From NCBI GenBank assembly GCA_963714275.1, contig CAVQNT010000003.1, positions 96,001 through 160,000 of the forward strand: 64,000 nt of DNA, read 5' to 3'. Made by a program: the position numbers and the translations under genes. The stretch comes from Candidatus Bathyarchaeota archaeon. Its GTDB lineage: Archaea > Thermoproteota > Bathyarchaeia > Bathyarchaeales > DTEX01. The stretch's first letter is position 1; each line of letters starts with the position of its first letter. The notes under the pieces are model-generated. The model saw only the letters and a program-made list of their open reading frames with translations, made no database searches and was not told the DNA's origin. Positions 21,367-32,680 of this stretch are shown here, in pieces.

Positions 21367-21672
21367 GTGGCGACAGTCATGGTTACATGTACGAAATGTG
21401 GCGTAAAAAATGAAGATGAAGCAAAGTTCTGCATCAACTGTGGAGCTAATTTGCATGGTGGGGAAAGAAGATATGAAAGAAGCAGAGACGAATGCTTTGG
21501 GCTTCCTAATAGTGGCGCAATTGTGGGCATAGTTTTTGGATTACTAATCATTTTCTGGGGGCTATCAACGTTCTTCAATTTGGAAATTAATATTATGGCG
21601 ATCCTAGTGATCATTTTTGGTATACTCATTGTAGCAGGTGCCATCTATAGATTGATTCGAAGAAAGGTATAG
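21367..21672 (+). CDS. Zinc-ribbon membrane protein
   Basis: CTKCG..N...AKFCINCG; ECFGLP; two TM helices. Confidence 0.8.
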   Translation: MATVMVTCTKCGVKNEDEAKFCINCGANLHGGERRYERSRDECFGLPNSGAIVGIVFGLLIIFWGLSTFFNLEINIMAILVIIFGILIVAGAIYRLIRRKV

Positions 21673-21959
21673 ATTTTTAGTTTGGGTTTGGGGACAAGCA
21701 TTCGCTGATACCATTCCATAGTTCAATCAACAGACTCGACTATGAAAGTCGCATACATCCCCCTTTTTGGCAACTAATTTTACTTTTCTGACATTTCAAT
21801 GAAAGCCTATATGAAAAAAACGTAATGAGAAAAGTCCATTTCAGAAGCCACAAACGAAAAACTCGCAAAAGTCATCAGTCGACTAGCAATACTAGCTCAG
21901 ACTAAAATCTACTGCCATGGCGTAACCCTTCACTCAGAAAAAATGGTTAAATCTGTTTT

Positions 21960-23150
21960 TTAGGGTATCTTGGCTTTTGGTCCGATCATGCCAGTTTCGA
22001 GCATAGAGATGAAAGGAGAATCTTCGATGTCAAGAGGCAGATAGATTCTTGCCCGTCTTCGGCTGGACTCGTAAGTGGCGAAAATTAGCTCTGTTGTTTG
22101 AAGGGCTTTTCTTCCGCTTATGACGGGTTCTCTGCCTGTCTTCAAACAGTCAACTAGGTCTCTAACAGCCAACACGTCTTCCATCTGCTCGCTGCTCTTG
22201 TACGGGTAAAGATCGCCAGAAGCATACCTGAGCTCAGGAGTCAACCAGCCCTTCGAATCCTCAGTTAAGACCCGAAGCAGTGGACCTTCCTTCTTTTCTC
22301 CCCAGATCTTGTGGTCCCAGAACATGTCCATCTCAATGATGCCTTTGCTGCCGATCAGCCTGTTTGCGCACCATCCTCCGGTGTCGCGTCCCGTGACCAT
22401 GAGCCCGCAGACCCCGTTTTTCCATTTCACGTAGGACAGCCCGTTGGTTTCGATGGGCACACCGAATATTGTATATGGCTTTTCCCATTCGTAGCTGAGC
22501 TGGCCCATAACCCAATCCGCAGGCTCGTCGTTATTATAGAAATTGAACATGTCAAACCAGTGCGTGCCCCAGTCGTAAAGGTTGTGGCAGTAACCCTCAA
22601 CCCTGTGCAGCTGCCCAATCGTGCCGTTGTTCGCCAGCTCACGAGCCTTAACGAAGAGCGGAGCAAACCTGCGCTGGTGAGAAACCGCAAGCATAACCTT
22701 GCCGTCCACGCACGACTGGTAAAGCTTCTTGGACTCACCCCACGTGGGAGCAAGAGGCTTCTCGAGAAAGACGGCTTTGACTCCAGCCTCGACACTGTCC
22801 ACCACCATCTGAGCGTGCGTCCCAGGCCAAGTACACACGCTGACTATGTCGGGCTTCTCATTCTTGAGCATCAGCTTATGGTCAGTGTAAACCTTGGACT
22901 CTGGAAGGTTCTGTTCCTTCGCCAGCGCGTCAGCATTCTCATTCTTTATGTCCATGCAAGCCACAACCTTGGCTTCCGAATTAACGGCGTAGGCTCTTGC
23001 GTGACATTTGCCGCGATTGCCTGAACCGATAATGGCAACTTTAAAACCCTTCATACTGGAATCCACCGTTTTGCCCCTTAATGTCCACGAAAAAGGATAT
23101 AATACCATCGCCCAGACAAGACACTCACGATTTATGACAGGAAAAACCAA
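21960..23150 (-). CDS. Gfo/Idh/MocA family oxidoreductase (true start likely near 23054)
   Basis: VAIIGSG, EKPLA, HQRRF, WGTHWFD. Confidence 0.9.
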   Translation of the reverse strand: MVFPVINRECLVWAMVLYPFSWTLRGKTVDSSMKGFKVAIIGSGNRGKCHARAYAVNSEAKVVACMDIKNENADALAKEQNLPESKVYTDHKLMLKNEKPDIVSVCTWPGTHAQMVVDSVEAGVKAVFLEKPLAPTWGESKKLYQSCVDGKVMLAVSHQRRFAPLFVKARELANNGTIGQLHRVEGYCHNLYDWGTHWFDMFNFYNNDEPADWVMGQLSYEWEKPYTIFGVPIETNGLSYVKWKNGVCGLMVTGRDTGGWCANRLIGSKGIIEMDMFWDHKIWGEKKEGPLLRVLTEDSKGWLTPELRYASGDLYPYKSSEQMEDVLAVRDLVDCLKTGREPVISGRKALQTTELIFATYESSRRRARIYLPLDIEDSPFISMLETGMIGPKAKIP

Positions 23151-23255
23151 TGTAAAAAAAGATGCAAAAACTTCAACGAAAAAACATAGTATTATAAAAA
23201 AGAATATGTTACCCTTTTTCTGAAACTTCTTTCTTATGATCCTTCAAAATTGTTT

Positions 23256-24176
23256 TTAGTTCATCGTATGCCTTTGAAACTTCAGTTTAGTAGCCTCCCT
23301 TATAGAGTTGAGTGCTTCTTGGGCGTCTCGTTTGATTCCGAACCTTTTTTGGAAAAATCGCAAAACATTCCTAACGTCCCTGCCGAGAAGCATTCCAGCG
23401 TTAGGATGATCCTTTCTTACGAACTGCGGCCAATCTATAATGAGAACATGGTAATTAGGTTCTAGAATCACATTAAACTCGCTGAGGTCAGCATGAATGA
23501 TCCCTGCCATGTGATAAGTCCGTTTTACATTTTCTAGGATTTCATCCAAAACCTTGGTTGGTTCAGGAAGTTCTGGAATGCGATAAAGATCTACTCCCTC
23601 AATCATGCCCATAACGACCACGTGGCGGTTTTGGCTAATGGGTTGGGGAACCGAAACTCCGCACGAATAAACCAGCTTTAAAGCTTCATACTCTTTTTCA
23701 GCAGCCAGTCGAGACTGATAAAGCCAGGAAATGTGCCTTCGGTTTGCGATGTATCCTCTGACACGTCTAGTCTGCCGGAAGCTTGTCCTACCTAAACGGT
23801 GAAATTTTGCAGCAACCCTTTCGCTGTTGGAGGTTAAAGCATCGTAGACATCCGATTCTTTCCCCACTCCTATAGGTTTCCCGAAGGCTGCGAGAACGTT
23901 AGACTTGACAAGAGCGTTTATGGCCAAACAGTCGTATCCTGCGACGTTTAATGTGTAACCGAAGTAAGAGCCTACCCAACGTTTAATCAATTTCAATTTG
24001 TTCAGTCGACTCAGCCTGTATCCGATTTGCCTATGTGTCTGACCTGCAAGATTCGGAAGATCCCTTTCAGGAACAAACTCATGTTTACTCATGCCAAGCT
24101 CGATGGCCAAAAGTACCCTGTAATCCTCAGGTTCAAGCTTAAGGAACACCCTTACTGCAACATCAGCTGAAGACAT
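23256..24176 (-). CDS. rio2: RIO2 serine/threonine kinase
   Basis: N-terminal wHTH; IGVGKESDVY, KFHRLGRTSF, IHADLSEFN, IIDWPQ. Confidence 0.95.
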   Translation of the reverse strand: MSSADVAVRVFLKLEPEDYRVLLAIELGMSKHEFVPERDLPNLAGQTHRQIGYRLSRLNKLKLIKRWVGSYFGYTLNVAGYDCLAINALVKSNVLAAFGKPIGVGKESDVYDALTSNSERVAAKFHRLGRTSFRQTRRVRGYIANRRHISWLYQSRLAAEKEYEALKLVYSCGVSVPQPISQNRHVVVMGMIEGVDLYRIPELPEPTKVLDEILENVKRTYHMAGIIHADLSEFNVILEPNYHVLIIDWPQFVRKDHPNAGMLLGRDVRNVLRFFQKRFGIKRDAQEALNSIREATKLKFQRHTMN

Positions 24177-24304
24177 TAAGTATAGATATAATAAACAGCC
24201 AAAAAGATATTTCTATTAAACAATAACCAGCCCACACAAGAAAACCTTTTAGGCGAAATGAAACAGCAAACATGAAACAGAGACCAAGAAAAGGAGAAGC
24301 AAGA

Positions 24305-25224
24305 ATGACCACCCACAAGTTTCAACCAAAAAAATATTACACAGCCTTCGGTTCGTATGAGCCAGCGCTAAAGGTAGTTGATGGCGACACGGTTGTTACG
24401 TCAACAGCCGACAACGCTGGAAGAGACTTAACAGATAAACAAGTCACTTTTGGTCCAAATCCCCTAACAGGACCCTTCTACGTCGAAGGCGCTGAACCCG
24501 GAGACACCCTCGCCGTTCAGTCTGACCGACTTTGGCCTAACAGGCAGTTAGGCAGGTCAGCCACGGTTGTCGCATCGAACGCCGTCGACCCATACTACGT
24601 TTCTGAACTGCCGCCAAAACAGCCACGCGTAACAGCAGAGTGGAAGCTTAACCTTGACAAGGGAACAGCCACCTTGTTAAGCCCAGAAACGAAGCTTGAG
24701 CCAGCTTGTTTTGCCCTTGAACCCCATGTTAGGATGCATCGGCGTGGCGCCAGAAGACGGGCAAGCCATATCGTCCACGACTTCTGGACCATACGGGGGC
24801 AACATGGACTACAGCGGATTAACGTCAGGAGTGACCGTGTATTTGCCTGTTTATCGTTCCCGGTGGACTTTTCTTCATCGGAGACGGGCACGCCGTTCAG
24901 GGAGACGGAGAAATTGTGGGAACGGGAATCGAGGTTTCCTTTGACGCAAAATTTACATTCAAACTATTAAAAAACAAAAGAATCAACTGGCCACGCGCAG
25001 AAAACGCGAAATACATTATGACCGTGGGCAACACTCGTCCTTTAGATCAGGCTCTCCAACACGCAACGACTGAAATGGTGAGGTGGCTACAGGAAGACCA
25101 TGGCTTAGATGGTCGTTCCGCCCATATTTTGTTGGGGCAGTGCGTCGAATATGAGGTTGGAAACGTCTTTGACCCAGCTTACACTATGGTATGCAAGCTT
25201 CAGAAAAGATGGTTGCAAAAATAA
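24305..25224 (+). CDS. Acetamidase/formamidase family protein, two frameshifts
   Basis: NPLTGPFYVEGAEPGD; PMLGCIGVAP..GGNMD; GTGIE spread over three frames. Confidence 0.85.
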
Positions 25225-25307
25225 ACTGGTTTTTCGTTAGATTAAACCGTTTAATGCGAACCATTGCTGGATGCTGAATATGTTTTTATGCTTATTAACA
25301 GAAATGT

Positions 25308-26579
25308 TTGTGTATGGATTCCTTGAAGGCTGGTATAGCTAAGGCTGTGATCACTCCGCCTGTCGGTGTACGGTTATGTGGATATACTGCTAGAACTCAG
25401 CCATCAATCGGCGTGCTTGATGACTTGTACGCTAAGGCTCTTATCTTGGATGACGGAGAAAAAAGGCTTGCTCTTGTAGTATGCGACCTACTGTGGGTAG
25501 GAAAAGAGCTCGTGAACGACATCAGGAAAAGAATAAGGGAGCAAGCCGACATCAAAGAAGAAAACGTCATGATAGCGGCTATTCACACTCATTGTGGTCC
25601 CGACTTTGAACATATAAGTGACTCTTACATTGAGAACCTTAAGTCCCAAGTCGCAGGAACCGTCTTCGCAGCCTACAACCACATGAAAAATGCCAGAATC
25701 GGCGTTGCCAGCGGAGAATGCTACGTTGGGATGAATCGTCGAAATCCAAAAAGCCCTTCTGGACCGTACTTCCTATATAATTGGCCACAAGGTCTCGTGG
25801 ACCCTACGGTAATGGTCGCAAGAATCGAAGATGAAACAAGACACGTCGTGGGCGTCTTAGTCAATTATGCCTGTCACCCGGTAACCTTGGGTCCGAACGA
25901 ACTTAACATCTCCAGAGATTATCCAGGTCACACCCTTAGAGTCTTAGAGGACGTTTTTGGCGAAAACGTTGTAGCGATGTTTGCGAATGGTTGCTGCGGA
26001 AACATTAATCCAGCATGGATTTTTGACCGACCTGACGTTTCGCCTCCTCCACCACGCGTATTTCCCGAAAGCCTAGAAGAAAGATTAAGAGAAACTAGGC
26101 GTCTAGGCCAAATTTTGGGTGGAGAAGCCCTTAAAGCTCTTCAGTCAGTAACCAACCTTACTTCTGAAGCCAATTTAAAAATCAAACAGTCCGATGTAAG
26201 ACTGCCAGTAAGGAAGGACATGCCAGAAAATGTGTTTGAGTGGATCAAGAGTACAAAGGTCGGTGAGCCAGATTACGAGAATCATCAACGCATTCTGAAA
26301 GGTGAGGATGTAGTTACTGAAATACAAGCCATCCGACTGAACGATACAGCCATATTAGGGCTCCCCGGCGAAGTTTTTGTGGAATATCAACTTGAAATAA
26401 GAAGAAAATCGCCATTTAAACATACTTTCGTAAGCGAGTTGGCTAACGATTCAATCGGATACGTTCCAACAACCGACGCCTATAAAGAAGGAGGATACGA
26501 ACCGAACACGACATTTCTAGAACGCGACGCTGGCTCGAAACTTACACAAGCAGCCATAAATCTTCTAAAAAAACTGTAA
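25308..26579 (+). CDS. Neutral/alkaline ceramidase-like amidohydrolase
   Basis: ITPP.G..L.GY, HTHCGP, NYACHP, GLPGEVF, GYVP..AY.EGGYE. Confidence 0.85.
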   Translation: MCMDSLKAGIAKAVITPPVGVRLCGYTARTQPSIGVLDDLYAKALILDDGEKRLALVVCDLLWVGKELVNDIRKRIREQADIKEENVMIAAIHTHCGPDFEHISDSYIENLKSQVAGTVFAAYNHMKNARIGVASGECYVGMNRRNPKSPSGPYFLYNWPQGLVDPTVMVARIEDETRHVVGVLVNYACHPVTLGPNELNISRDYPGHTLRVLEDVFGENVVAMFANGCCGNINPAWIFDRPDVSPPPPRVFPESLEERLRETRRLGQILGGEALKALQSVTNLTSEANLKIKQSDVRLPVRKDMPENVFEWIKSTKVGEPDYENHQRILKGEDVVTEIQAIRLNDTAILGLPGEVFVEYQLEIRRKSPFKHTFVSELANDSIGYVPTTDAYKEGGYEPNTTFLERDAGSKLTQAAINLLKKL

Positions 26580-26743
26580 AAGACCGATTTGTTTGACTAC
26601 AATTGACTATGCGTAGATAAAAAAATAAATTTTCTACCCCAATTTTACGAAGAAGCCTTATGAAGTGTTTGAGCTTCAAAAGTTGTTGAATGTTTCTTGA
26701 GAAATCCTATTTCAAATTTAAGTAGCGAACTATATATAATATT

Positions 26744-27067
26744 GTGCAGATATTGAGTTTTAGTTTTGACGCTGGCGAAGGGGATTTGCCGGTAGACAAG
26801 ATGATAGAGAAAGCCTACGACCTGATACAGAAAGGAAAGGCGGAACACATAGGTGATGGAGTCTACAATGTAGTCGGGGAGCACGGAACATATACGGTTG
26901 CACAAAAAATCGACGGCGCAGTGAACTGCAACTGCCCCGGCTTCGTCCGAAGGGGAAGATGCTCGCATGCTCTTGCTGTTTTAATGTTAATCCAGCCTGC
27001 ACTTTTGAGAAGCATCGAAAAAGAAATCAATAAATCAGCGGATAGAACCGAGTCCACGGTTAGATAA
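26744..27067 (+). CDS. SWIM zinc-finger protein
   Basis: CNCPGF..GRCSH. Confidence 0.8.
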   Translation: MQILSFSFDAGEGDLPVDKMIEKAYDLIQKGKAEHIGDGVYNVVGEHGTYTVAQKIDGAVNCNCPGFVRRGRCSHALAVLMLIQPALLRSIEKEINKSADRTESTVR

Positions 27068-27177
27068 CGTTTTTGGAAGCCTAAATGTTTAATTAGCTTG
27101 GTTTAGGTTATTTTGAAACCGAATAAAAGGCAACTACATCTCCAAATTCATGCATAATTTCAAGGTGCAAAGCAAGA

Positions 27178-28446
27178 ATGAGCCAGAAAAGAACGTCGCT
27201 TGAAAGGTTTCGTCTGAAAAGGATACTGGACACGCTGGCCTCGAGGGAGGGAAGAGGCACCCAACTCGTCACACTTTATGTGCCTTCTGGACGCCAGATA
27301 AGCGAAGTTACCCAGATGCTTAAGGAAGAATGGGGCACCGCCTCGAACATCAAATCAAACACGACCCGAAAGAACGTTCAAGACGCCATAGTAAAGGTCA
27401 CTCAGCGCCTAAGGCTTTTCAAGACAGTTCCAGACAATGGACTGGTCTTATTCTGCGGAGCAATCCCCCAGAACGGTCCGGGAAGCGAAAAGATAGAAGG
27501 TCCATACGTGGTTGTTCCCCCAGAACCAATCGGAATTTACCTTTACCGGTGCGACGACAAGTTCCACATTGAGCACTTGATGGACTTGCTGAAGGAAACG
27601 GAAACCTACGGAATCCTTTTGGTGGATACAAGCGCAGCGACCTTTGCTACCCTCAGAGGGCGCAGACTAGAAATCGTTGAAGACATAACCTCAGGCATAC
27701 CCGGCAAACACCGTGCGGGAGGTCAATCTGCCAGAAGGTTCGAGCGGCTACGTGAAGCGCAGGTTTTGGGGTTCTTTAAACGCATAGGCGACCATGCCAA
27801 TGAAGACTTTCTTCCTATACAGAACCTGAAGGGCATAATCCTGGGCGGACCGGGACCCACGAAGTACGATTTCGATAAAGGAAGATACCTCGATTACAGG
27901 CTTAAAGAAAAAATTGTTGGAACCATAGACACAGCCTACACTGGAGAACAGGGAATTGAGGAAATTTTTGAGAGAGCTCCCGAAATCGTTAAAAACGTCA
28001 GGTATGTTGAGGAAAAAAACATCGTGCAAAAATTCCTGTACGAGATTGGGCACGACACCGGGCTGGCGACCTACGGAGAAAGGGACGTTAGGAGAGCCTT
28101 GAAAGCTGGCTTAGTTGACACGGCTCTTCTTTCTGAGGCTCTTGAGACAACGCGGGTCAGAGTTGACTGCACATCATGTGGGCACACTTACTTTCAAACA
28201 ATGAAGGCGGCTGAGGTTTCTAGTTTCGAACAGTCTCTGGCTGGCTCCCCATGCCCGAAATGCCAGATTCCCACGCTTCAGGTCACTGAACAAAAGGACG
28301 TGATTGACGAGCTGGCGGAACAGGCTGAACAATCAGGGTCGAACGTCGAAGTGATTTCCACCGAAACCGAGGAAGGGCAGATGCTCTGGAAATCTTTTGG
28401 CGGAATAGCAGCAACGTTAAGGTATAAGCTGCCGAACCAGCCATAG
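27178..28446 (+). CDS. prf1: Peptide chain release factor aRF1
   Basis: NIKS, YRCD and GGQS motifs; CxxC..CPxC insertion in domain 3. Confidence 0.97.
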   Translation: MSQKRTSLERFRLKRILDTLASREGRGTQLVTLYVPSGRQISEVTQMLKEEWGTASNIKSNTTRKNVQDAIVKVTQRLRLFKTVPDNGLVLFCGAIPQNGPGSEKIEGPYVVVPPEPIGIYLYRCDDKFHIEHLMDLLKETETYGILLVDTSAATFATLRGRRLEIVEDITSGIPGKHRAGGQSARRFERLREAQVLGFFKRIGDHANEDFLPIQNLKGIILGGPGPTKYDFDKGRYLDYRLKEKIVGTIDTAYTGEQGIEEIFERAPEIVKNVRYVEEKNIVQKFLYEIGHDTGLATYGERDVRRALKAGLVDTALLSEALETTRVRVDCTSCGHTYFQTMKAAEVSSFEQSLAGSPCPKCQIPTLQVTEQKDVIDELAEQAEQSGSNVEVISTETEEGQMLWKSFGGIAATLRYKLPNQP

Positions 28447-28515
28447 AGACGTAACGCTAATAGTAAGGAAACGCATTTTTACATTCTAGAACAAGTAAAG
28501 GAAAATGGACCTCAC

Positions 28516-28900
28516 ATGTCTGACAGGGAACTTGAATTCATAAGGCGAAAAAGGCTGCAAGAGACTAAAGAGGCAGTTCGGAAAGAAGACGGAAACAGAA
28601 ACTAAAGACGAAAAAGCGGAGACCCCGCAGGCAATTTTGAACCGTTTCTTTGTTGACAGAGCATGGGAAGTCCTTAACGCCGCTAAGGCTCAATACCCTC
28701 AGGCAGCAGAATACGTTGAGAAAACGCTTGTTAAACTCATAAGCGAAGGAAAGTTGAGGACCCAAATTTCTGGAGAAGAACTTTACGGGCTTTTCCTCCG
28801 CCTCGGGTACAGGGTTCGGCTTCAGACAAAAATATCGGTCCTTGAACATGGAAAGGTCAAAAGCCTCGAAGACAAAATAAAAGAAGAAACCTCACAATAA
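28516..28900 (+). CDS. PDCD5-like dsDNA-binding protein, frameshift near 28565
   Basis: MSDRELEFIRRKRLQE in one frame; RAWEVLNAAKAQYP..A..VE..LV in the next. Confidence 0.75.
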
Positions 28901-28907
28901 GAAACCG

Positions 28908-29174
28908 TTATTGAACGAATTTTCTTACGGTTCTCAGGGCTTCGAGGAACTCTCCTCCTCTGTTCGTTATCCTGAAAAGTTTTTTGTCGCCTATGTTCAC
29001 TTCTTTCAGGAGACCCCTCGACAACAGAAACTCAACCACGGTTTTGGTTCGGTCAACCGGAAGCCGAGCGGCATAAGACAACCTCGTAATCGGGCAGGCG
29101 CCTCTACTTCTAACCGTTCCCAGAATGGCAAGGTAAATTTCGTACCTCGTCCGTTTCATCAATCCATTCTCCAA
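28908..29174 (-). CDS. Archaeal winged-helix transcription regulator (HTH_45-like)
   Basis: RTRYEIY..IL, TRLSYAARL, FRITNRG.EFL. Confidence 0.85.
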   Translation of the reverse strand: MENGLMKRTRYEIYLAILGTVRSRGACPITRLSYAARLPVDRTKTVVEFLLSRGLLKEVNIGDKKLFRITNRGGEFLEALRTVRKFVQ

Positions 29175-29284
29175 AAGGCACCTTTCGAATTTTCTGGTTC
29201 AGTATGATTACTGTGGATGATTTTTCAATTGATTGTTATGGATGATTAGGCTTATATTTTCATATAGTCCAGCAGTCGGTGAGT

Positions 29285-29971
29285 TCAGTCTGTTGAAAGA
29301 AATACAGTTTGTCTCCACCTTGTTCTCGTAGAAAAGTAATAGTCCCAGTCACTGGCAAGCACCTTACATCGTTCTAGACTGTTCACGGTCAAATGGAAAT
29401 GTTGGCTTTCAACATGGTTATGTATCTCATCAAGTTCGCCTTCCTTCAATTTTTCTACGAAACTGTTACTCAGCGAAGTGTCCACAGGTAACTCGAATCC
29501 GTAGCCTACGACGCCTTCTTTCGAGATGACTGGTCTAATAGTCCACCTGGCTTCTTTCATGACCAGAACCATGTATAGCACGAAGGAACCGATACTTTTT
29601 ATCCAGACCCCATTTCCACTGTATTCCCATTCCTTCTCTAGTTCGCTGATGTCTCTTTCGAAACCCTCAGTTTTTGTAACCCTTTGGAACTCTTCAAGTT
29701 CTTTTGGGTTAAGCTCCTCGATTGTTGCTCCTGATTCCTGCAATTCCTCTGATAAGAAGATGTCGGGATGCAATCTCCTAAGGAGCAGAAGCTTCTCAAC
29801 GTGCCGATGTCTGGTCACGTAAACGTAGATGACGATTCCTTCTTTCGGTAACTGCTTCCGCACCATTATCGAACTGAAGTTCATCTTCTCGAAATTAACA
29901 TAAAAAGGTGGAACCTCAAGGGTCAGAAAGTTGCTGCCGAGACGAAACTGAATTCTACTAATCTGACTCAT
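29285..29971 (-). CDS. Hypothetical protein
   Basis: 228-aa ORF co-directional with neighbours; no recognised motif. Confidence 0.6.
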   Translation of the reverse strand: MSQISRIQFRLGSNFLTLEVPPFYVNFEKMNFSSIMVRKQLPKEGIVIYVYVTRHRHVEKLLLLRRLHPDIFLSEELQESGATIEELNPKELEEFQRVTKTEGFERDISELEKEWEYSGNGVWIKSIGSFVLYMVLVMKEARWTIRPVISKEGVVGYGFELPVDTSLSNSFVEKLKEGELDEIHNHVESQHFHLTVNSLERCKVLASDWDYYFSTRTRWRQTVFLSTD

Positions 29972-30008
29972 CTCTCAGCCGCCAATGGTATGCCCTTGAG
30001 TTCAATGC

Positions 30009-31342
30009 CTATATCGGAGGCGTTGGAAGATGCGCTGCTTTCACAGGTTCCTTTGCTAAGGTTACTTCCTGTTCTCTCTTCAACTCCTCCGTGTATTGCA
30101 ATTCCCCGATGATTCTGCATCCCCTTTCCAAGTGAACTCTCTTAGTGTAGACGTTTCTTGCAGTAGACTGCTCTTCCATAACCAGGGACTCGGCATAAAT
30201 GTCTTCAACTTCAGCCTTTTCTCCAAGTAATACATCTTTTGCCACAACGACCCCTATGATTTTACCATTCCTTCCGATTTCAACTTTGGTGGCCTTTGTT
30301 CCTTCTTCGGTCTCAATTCTACCACCAACGTCAACTGATGCCTCAAGCTTCAACCCTTCTAGCCTTCAATGAACCCCCAACACCTATAGACTCAGACTTT
30401 TAAGACTTCGCCAGCTTCGGCTGTTCCACCAACATCCAATTTTTTGGTCAATGTGAGATTTTTTTCTACAGATAGTTTCCCACCGACATCAATTGATTCG
30501 CCTTCAGCATCTCCGCGTATTTCTACAGTGCCACCGACGTCAATGTCCTCGAACTTCAGGTTTCCCTCGGTCCTTAAGGTTCCGCCAACATCAACCTTTC
30601 TTCCTTCACACCCACCAGCAAGTTCCACTTTGCCTCCGACATCAATCCAGTCGAAGGTTAAGGGCTTACTTGAAGCAAATGAACCGCCAACGCTTACTCT
30701 TCCTTTTACCTCGCCCCCTGCAACTTTAGCTGTTCCCCCGATGTGCAGTTCTTCGACTATGACCTCGGACTCTGATTCAAATGTGCCTCCGACGTTTATC
30801 TTGTCAGCCTTAACCAATCCTCTGCCATAAAACGTGCCACCTACGCTTATCCTAGAGATCGCTGTTGTGCCTTCTATCTTTGCAGTACCGCCTGCTTCTA
30901 ATTTTTTGGTTTCAACGTCGCCTTTCGCCTCGAAGACACCGCCAACCTCTATTTCGTCTGCCTTAGTGTTTCCTCCGACCCATATTTTTCCGCCTACTTC
31001 AACTTTCCCTGCGGAAAGGTCCTTCTCAACTGAAACCTTTTTGTCAACTTCAACATCGCCTGCCGTTAGGTTGCCTCCGACTTCTAAGCTGCCTTCGTAG
31101 ATTCTTATCGATTTTTCAATCGACAAGTCCCCCTTAACAATGAGGTCTCCATGTTTTCCTCTGATTGAGTTCGCATAAAGGCTGCACTCGAAGACGCAGT
31201 TGCCTTCGTATTGAACGCTACCTGAAACCTCAATTTTTTTAGCATCTTTCGCTTTAACTGTCGCCCCGTAAGTTAAGTTGAGATCACCGTCTACTCTGTC
31301 GAGTGTCTCTACTGATCCAGAATTTACATTTACACTTCCCAT
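30009..31342 (-). CDS. Long polymer-forming (bactofilin-like) beta-helix protein, frameshift near 30395
   Basis: Many ~16-17-aa x-V-G-G repeats; C-terminal IGRNGKIIG..A.DV.LG..AEVEDIYA..LERGCRIIGELQY. Confidence 0.75.
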
Positions 31343-31470
31343 ATTTTTTCGCCTTGGTGAACACATTCTCGGATTCATATATAAGGGTAGGGCACCCGAT
31401 GTGGACACAGGTCGTAATCACAAAATGTTACTAGCTCACTTATGTGTAACAACACTCCAAACGATTCATT

Positions 31471-31490
31471 TTTGTCACTTTTGTGACGAA
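31471..31490. promoter_or_regulatory. Putative operator palindrome between divergent bactofilin-like and KamA genes
   Basis: TTTGTCAC-TTTT-GTGACGAA just upstream of a TTTAAAA TATA-like box near 31504. Confidence 0.35.
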
Positions 31491-31537
31491 CATAATAGAA
31501 AGATTTAAAAGCGTGTTTTGAAACGCATATTTTCTTC

Positions 31538-32680
31538 GTGGCATGTATGTGCCACAGCGCGTGTTACGATAAGATGGTTGAAGACTGGGAAAATAGTCTT
31601 TCTGAAAGCATAACTAGACCCCATCAAATCCTCGAAAAATTTTCGGTCGATACAAAAGCTCTAGGCACCGTTGTCGCAAAATACCCAATGAAAATTTCTC
31701 GGTACTACTTTAACCTTATCCAAGAAGTGGGAGACCCAATCTGGAAACAGTGTGTCCCAAGTCCCTTTGAACTACAAGACCCGTGGGGAACCGAAGACCC
31801 TTTGAACGAAGAAGGCGACAGCCCAATATCAGGCTTGGTTCACCGCTACCCCGACAGAGTATTAATGTGTGTATCAAACAGCTGCGCAATGTTCTGCAGA
31901 TTCTGCACAAGAAAAAGGAAGGTTGGACAATCCTACGTTAACCTCTCAAAAGATGTCCTTTCAGAGCAAATAAGGTATGTTCAGAGGACCCTTGGCGTTC
32001 GAGATGTTCTGTTGTCCGGTGGAGACCCGCTGATTCTGCCTGACGACAGGATTGAATTTCTGCTTAGGAATCTAAGAGCGATACCTCATGTTGAAGTTCT
32101 GAGAATCGGGACAAGGGCACCATGCACGCTTCCACAAAGGATAACGCCTCAACTGTGTAACATACTGAAGAAGTATCACCCATTGTACGTTAACATGCAT
32201 TTTAATCACCCGCGGGAAATAACTGAAGAAAGCTCAAGAGCCTGCGGGCTCCTTGCTGACGCAGGAATCCCACTTGGCAACCAATCTGTGCTGCTTAAAG
32301 GAATCAACGATGACTCCGAGACCATGAAGAGCCTTGTTCAAAAGCTTCTAAAAATCAGGGTTAAACCTTACTATCTCTTCCAGATGGACCTTGTTAAAGG
32401 CACCTACCACTTTAGGACAAGGGTGGAAACTGGACTCAAAATAATCGAAGACCTCACAGGATACACTTCAGGCTTCGCTGTTCCACGCTACGTGATAGAC
32501 GCACCAGGCGGCGGAGGAAAAATTCCGATTCAGCCAAAGTACGTAGTAAGTATTGAAGAGAACCAAGTCATCATGAAAAACTATCAGGGAAAACAGTACG
32601 TTTACCCGCAGATTCCACAGGAAAAGAAGCCTTTGCAACAAATGGAGGGTCCTGTAGAGGTCTCTAGTGAAAGACGATGA
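31538..32680 (+). CDS. KamA-family radical SAM/PLP 2,3-aminomutase (lysine 2,3-aminomutase-like)
   Basis: HRYPDR, CAMFCRFCTR, LSGGDP, RIGTR, HFNHP, NQSVLL.G.ND, DAPGGGGKIP. Confidence 0.93.
   Translation: MACMCHSACYDKMVEDWENSLSESITRPHQILEKFSVDTKALGTVVAKYPMKISRYYFNLIQEVGDPIWKQCVPSPFELQDPWGTEDPLNEEGDSPISGLVHRYPDRVLMCVSNSCAMFCRFCTRKRKVGQSYVNLSKDVLSEQIRYVQRTLGVRDVLLSGGDPLILPDDRIEFLLRNLRAIPHVEVLRIGTRAPCTLPQRITPQLCNILKKYHPLYVNMHFNHPREITEESSRACGLLADAGIPLGNQSVLLKGINDDSETMKSLVQKLLKIRVKPYYLFQMDLVKGTYHFRTRVETGLKIIEDLTGYTSGFAVPRYVIDAPGGGGKIPIQPKYVVSIEENQVIMKNYQGKQYVYPQIPQEKKPLQQMEGPVEVSSERR

Noticed and set aside
22311-23024. 237-aa antisense ORF and other shadow ORFs (e.g. 3885-4292, 7297-7770, 49680-50174)
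   Set aside because: They overlap well-supported genes on the opposite strand and carry no motifs
24305-25224. Programmed ribosomal frameshifting in split genes
   Set aside because: No consistent slippery site or structure, and indels are spread across unrelated genes
29200-29250. TGGATGATT repeats as a C/D box sRNA or replication origin
   Set aside because: No complete C/D box pair, no ORB consensus and no cdc6 nearby; at most operator sites for the wHTH gene
31538-32680. EpmB (EF-P modification) or plain AblAB osmolyte operon
   Set aside because: Archaea use aIF5A, no EpmA is present, and the GNAT is short and not AblB-like; neither explains the two ligases
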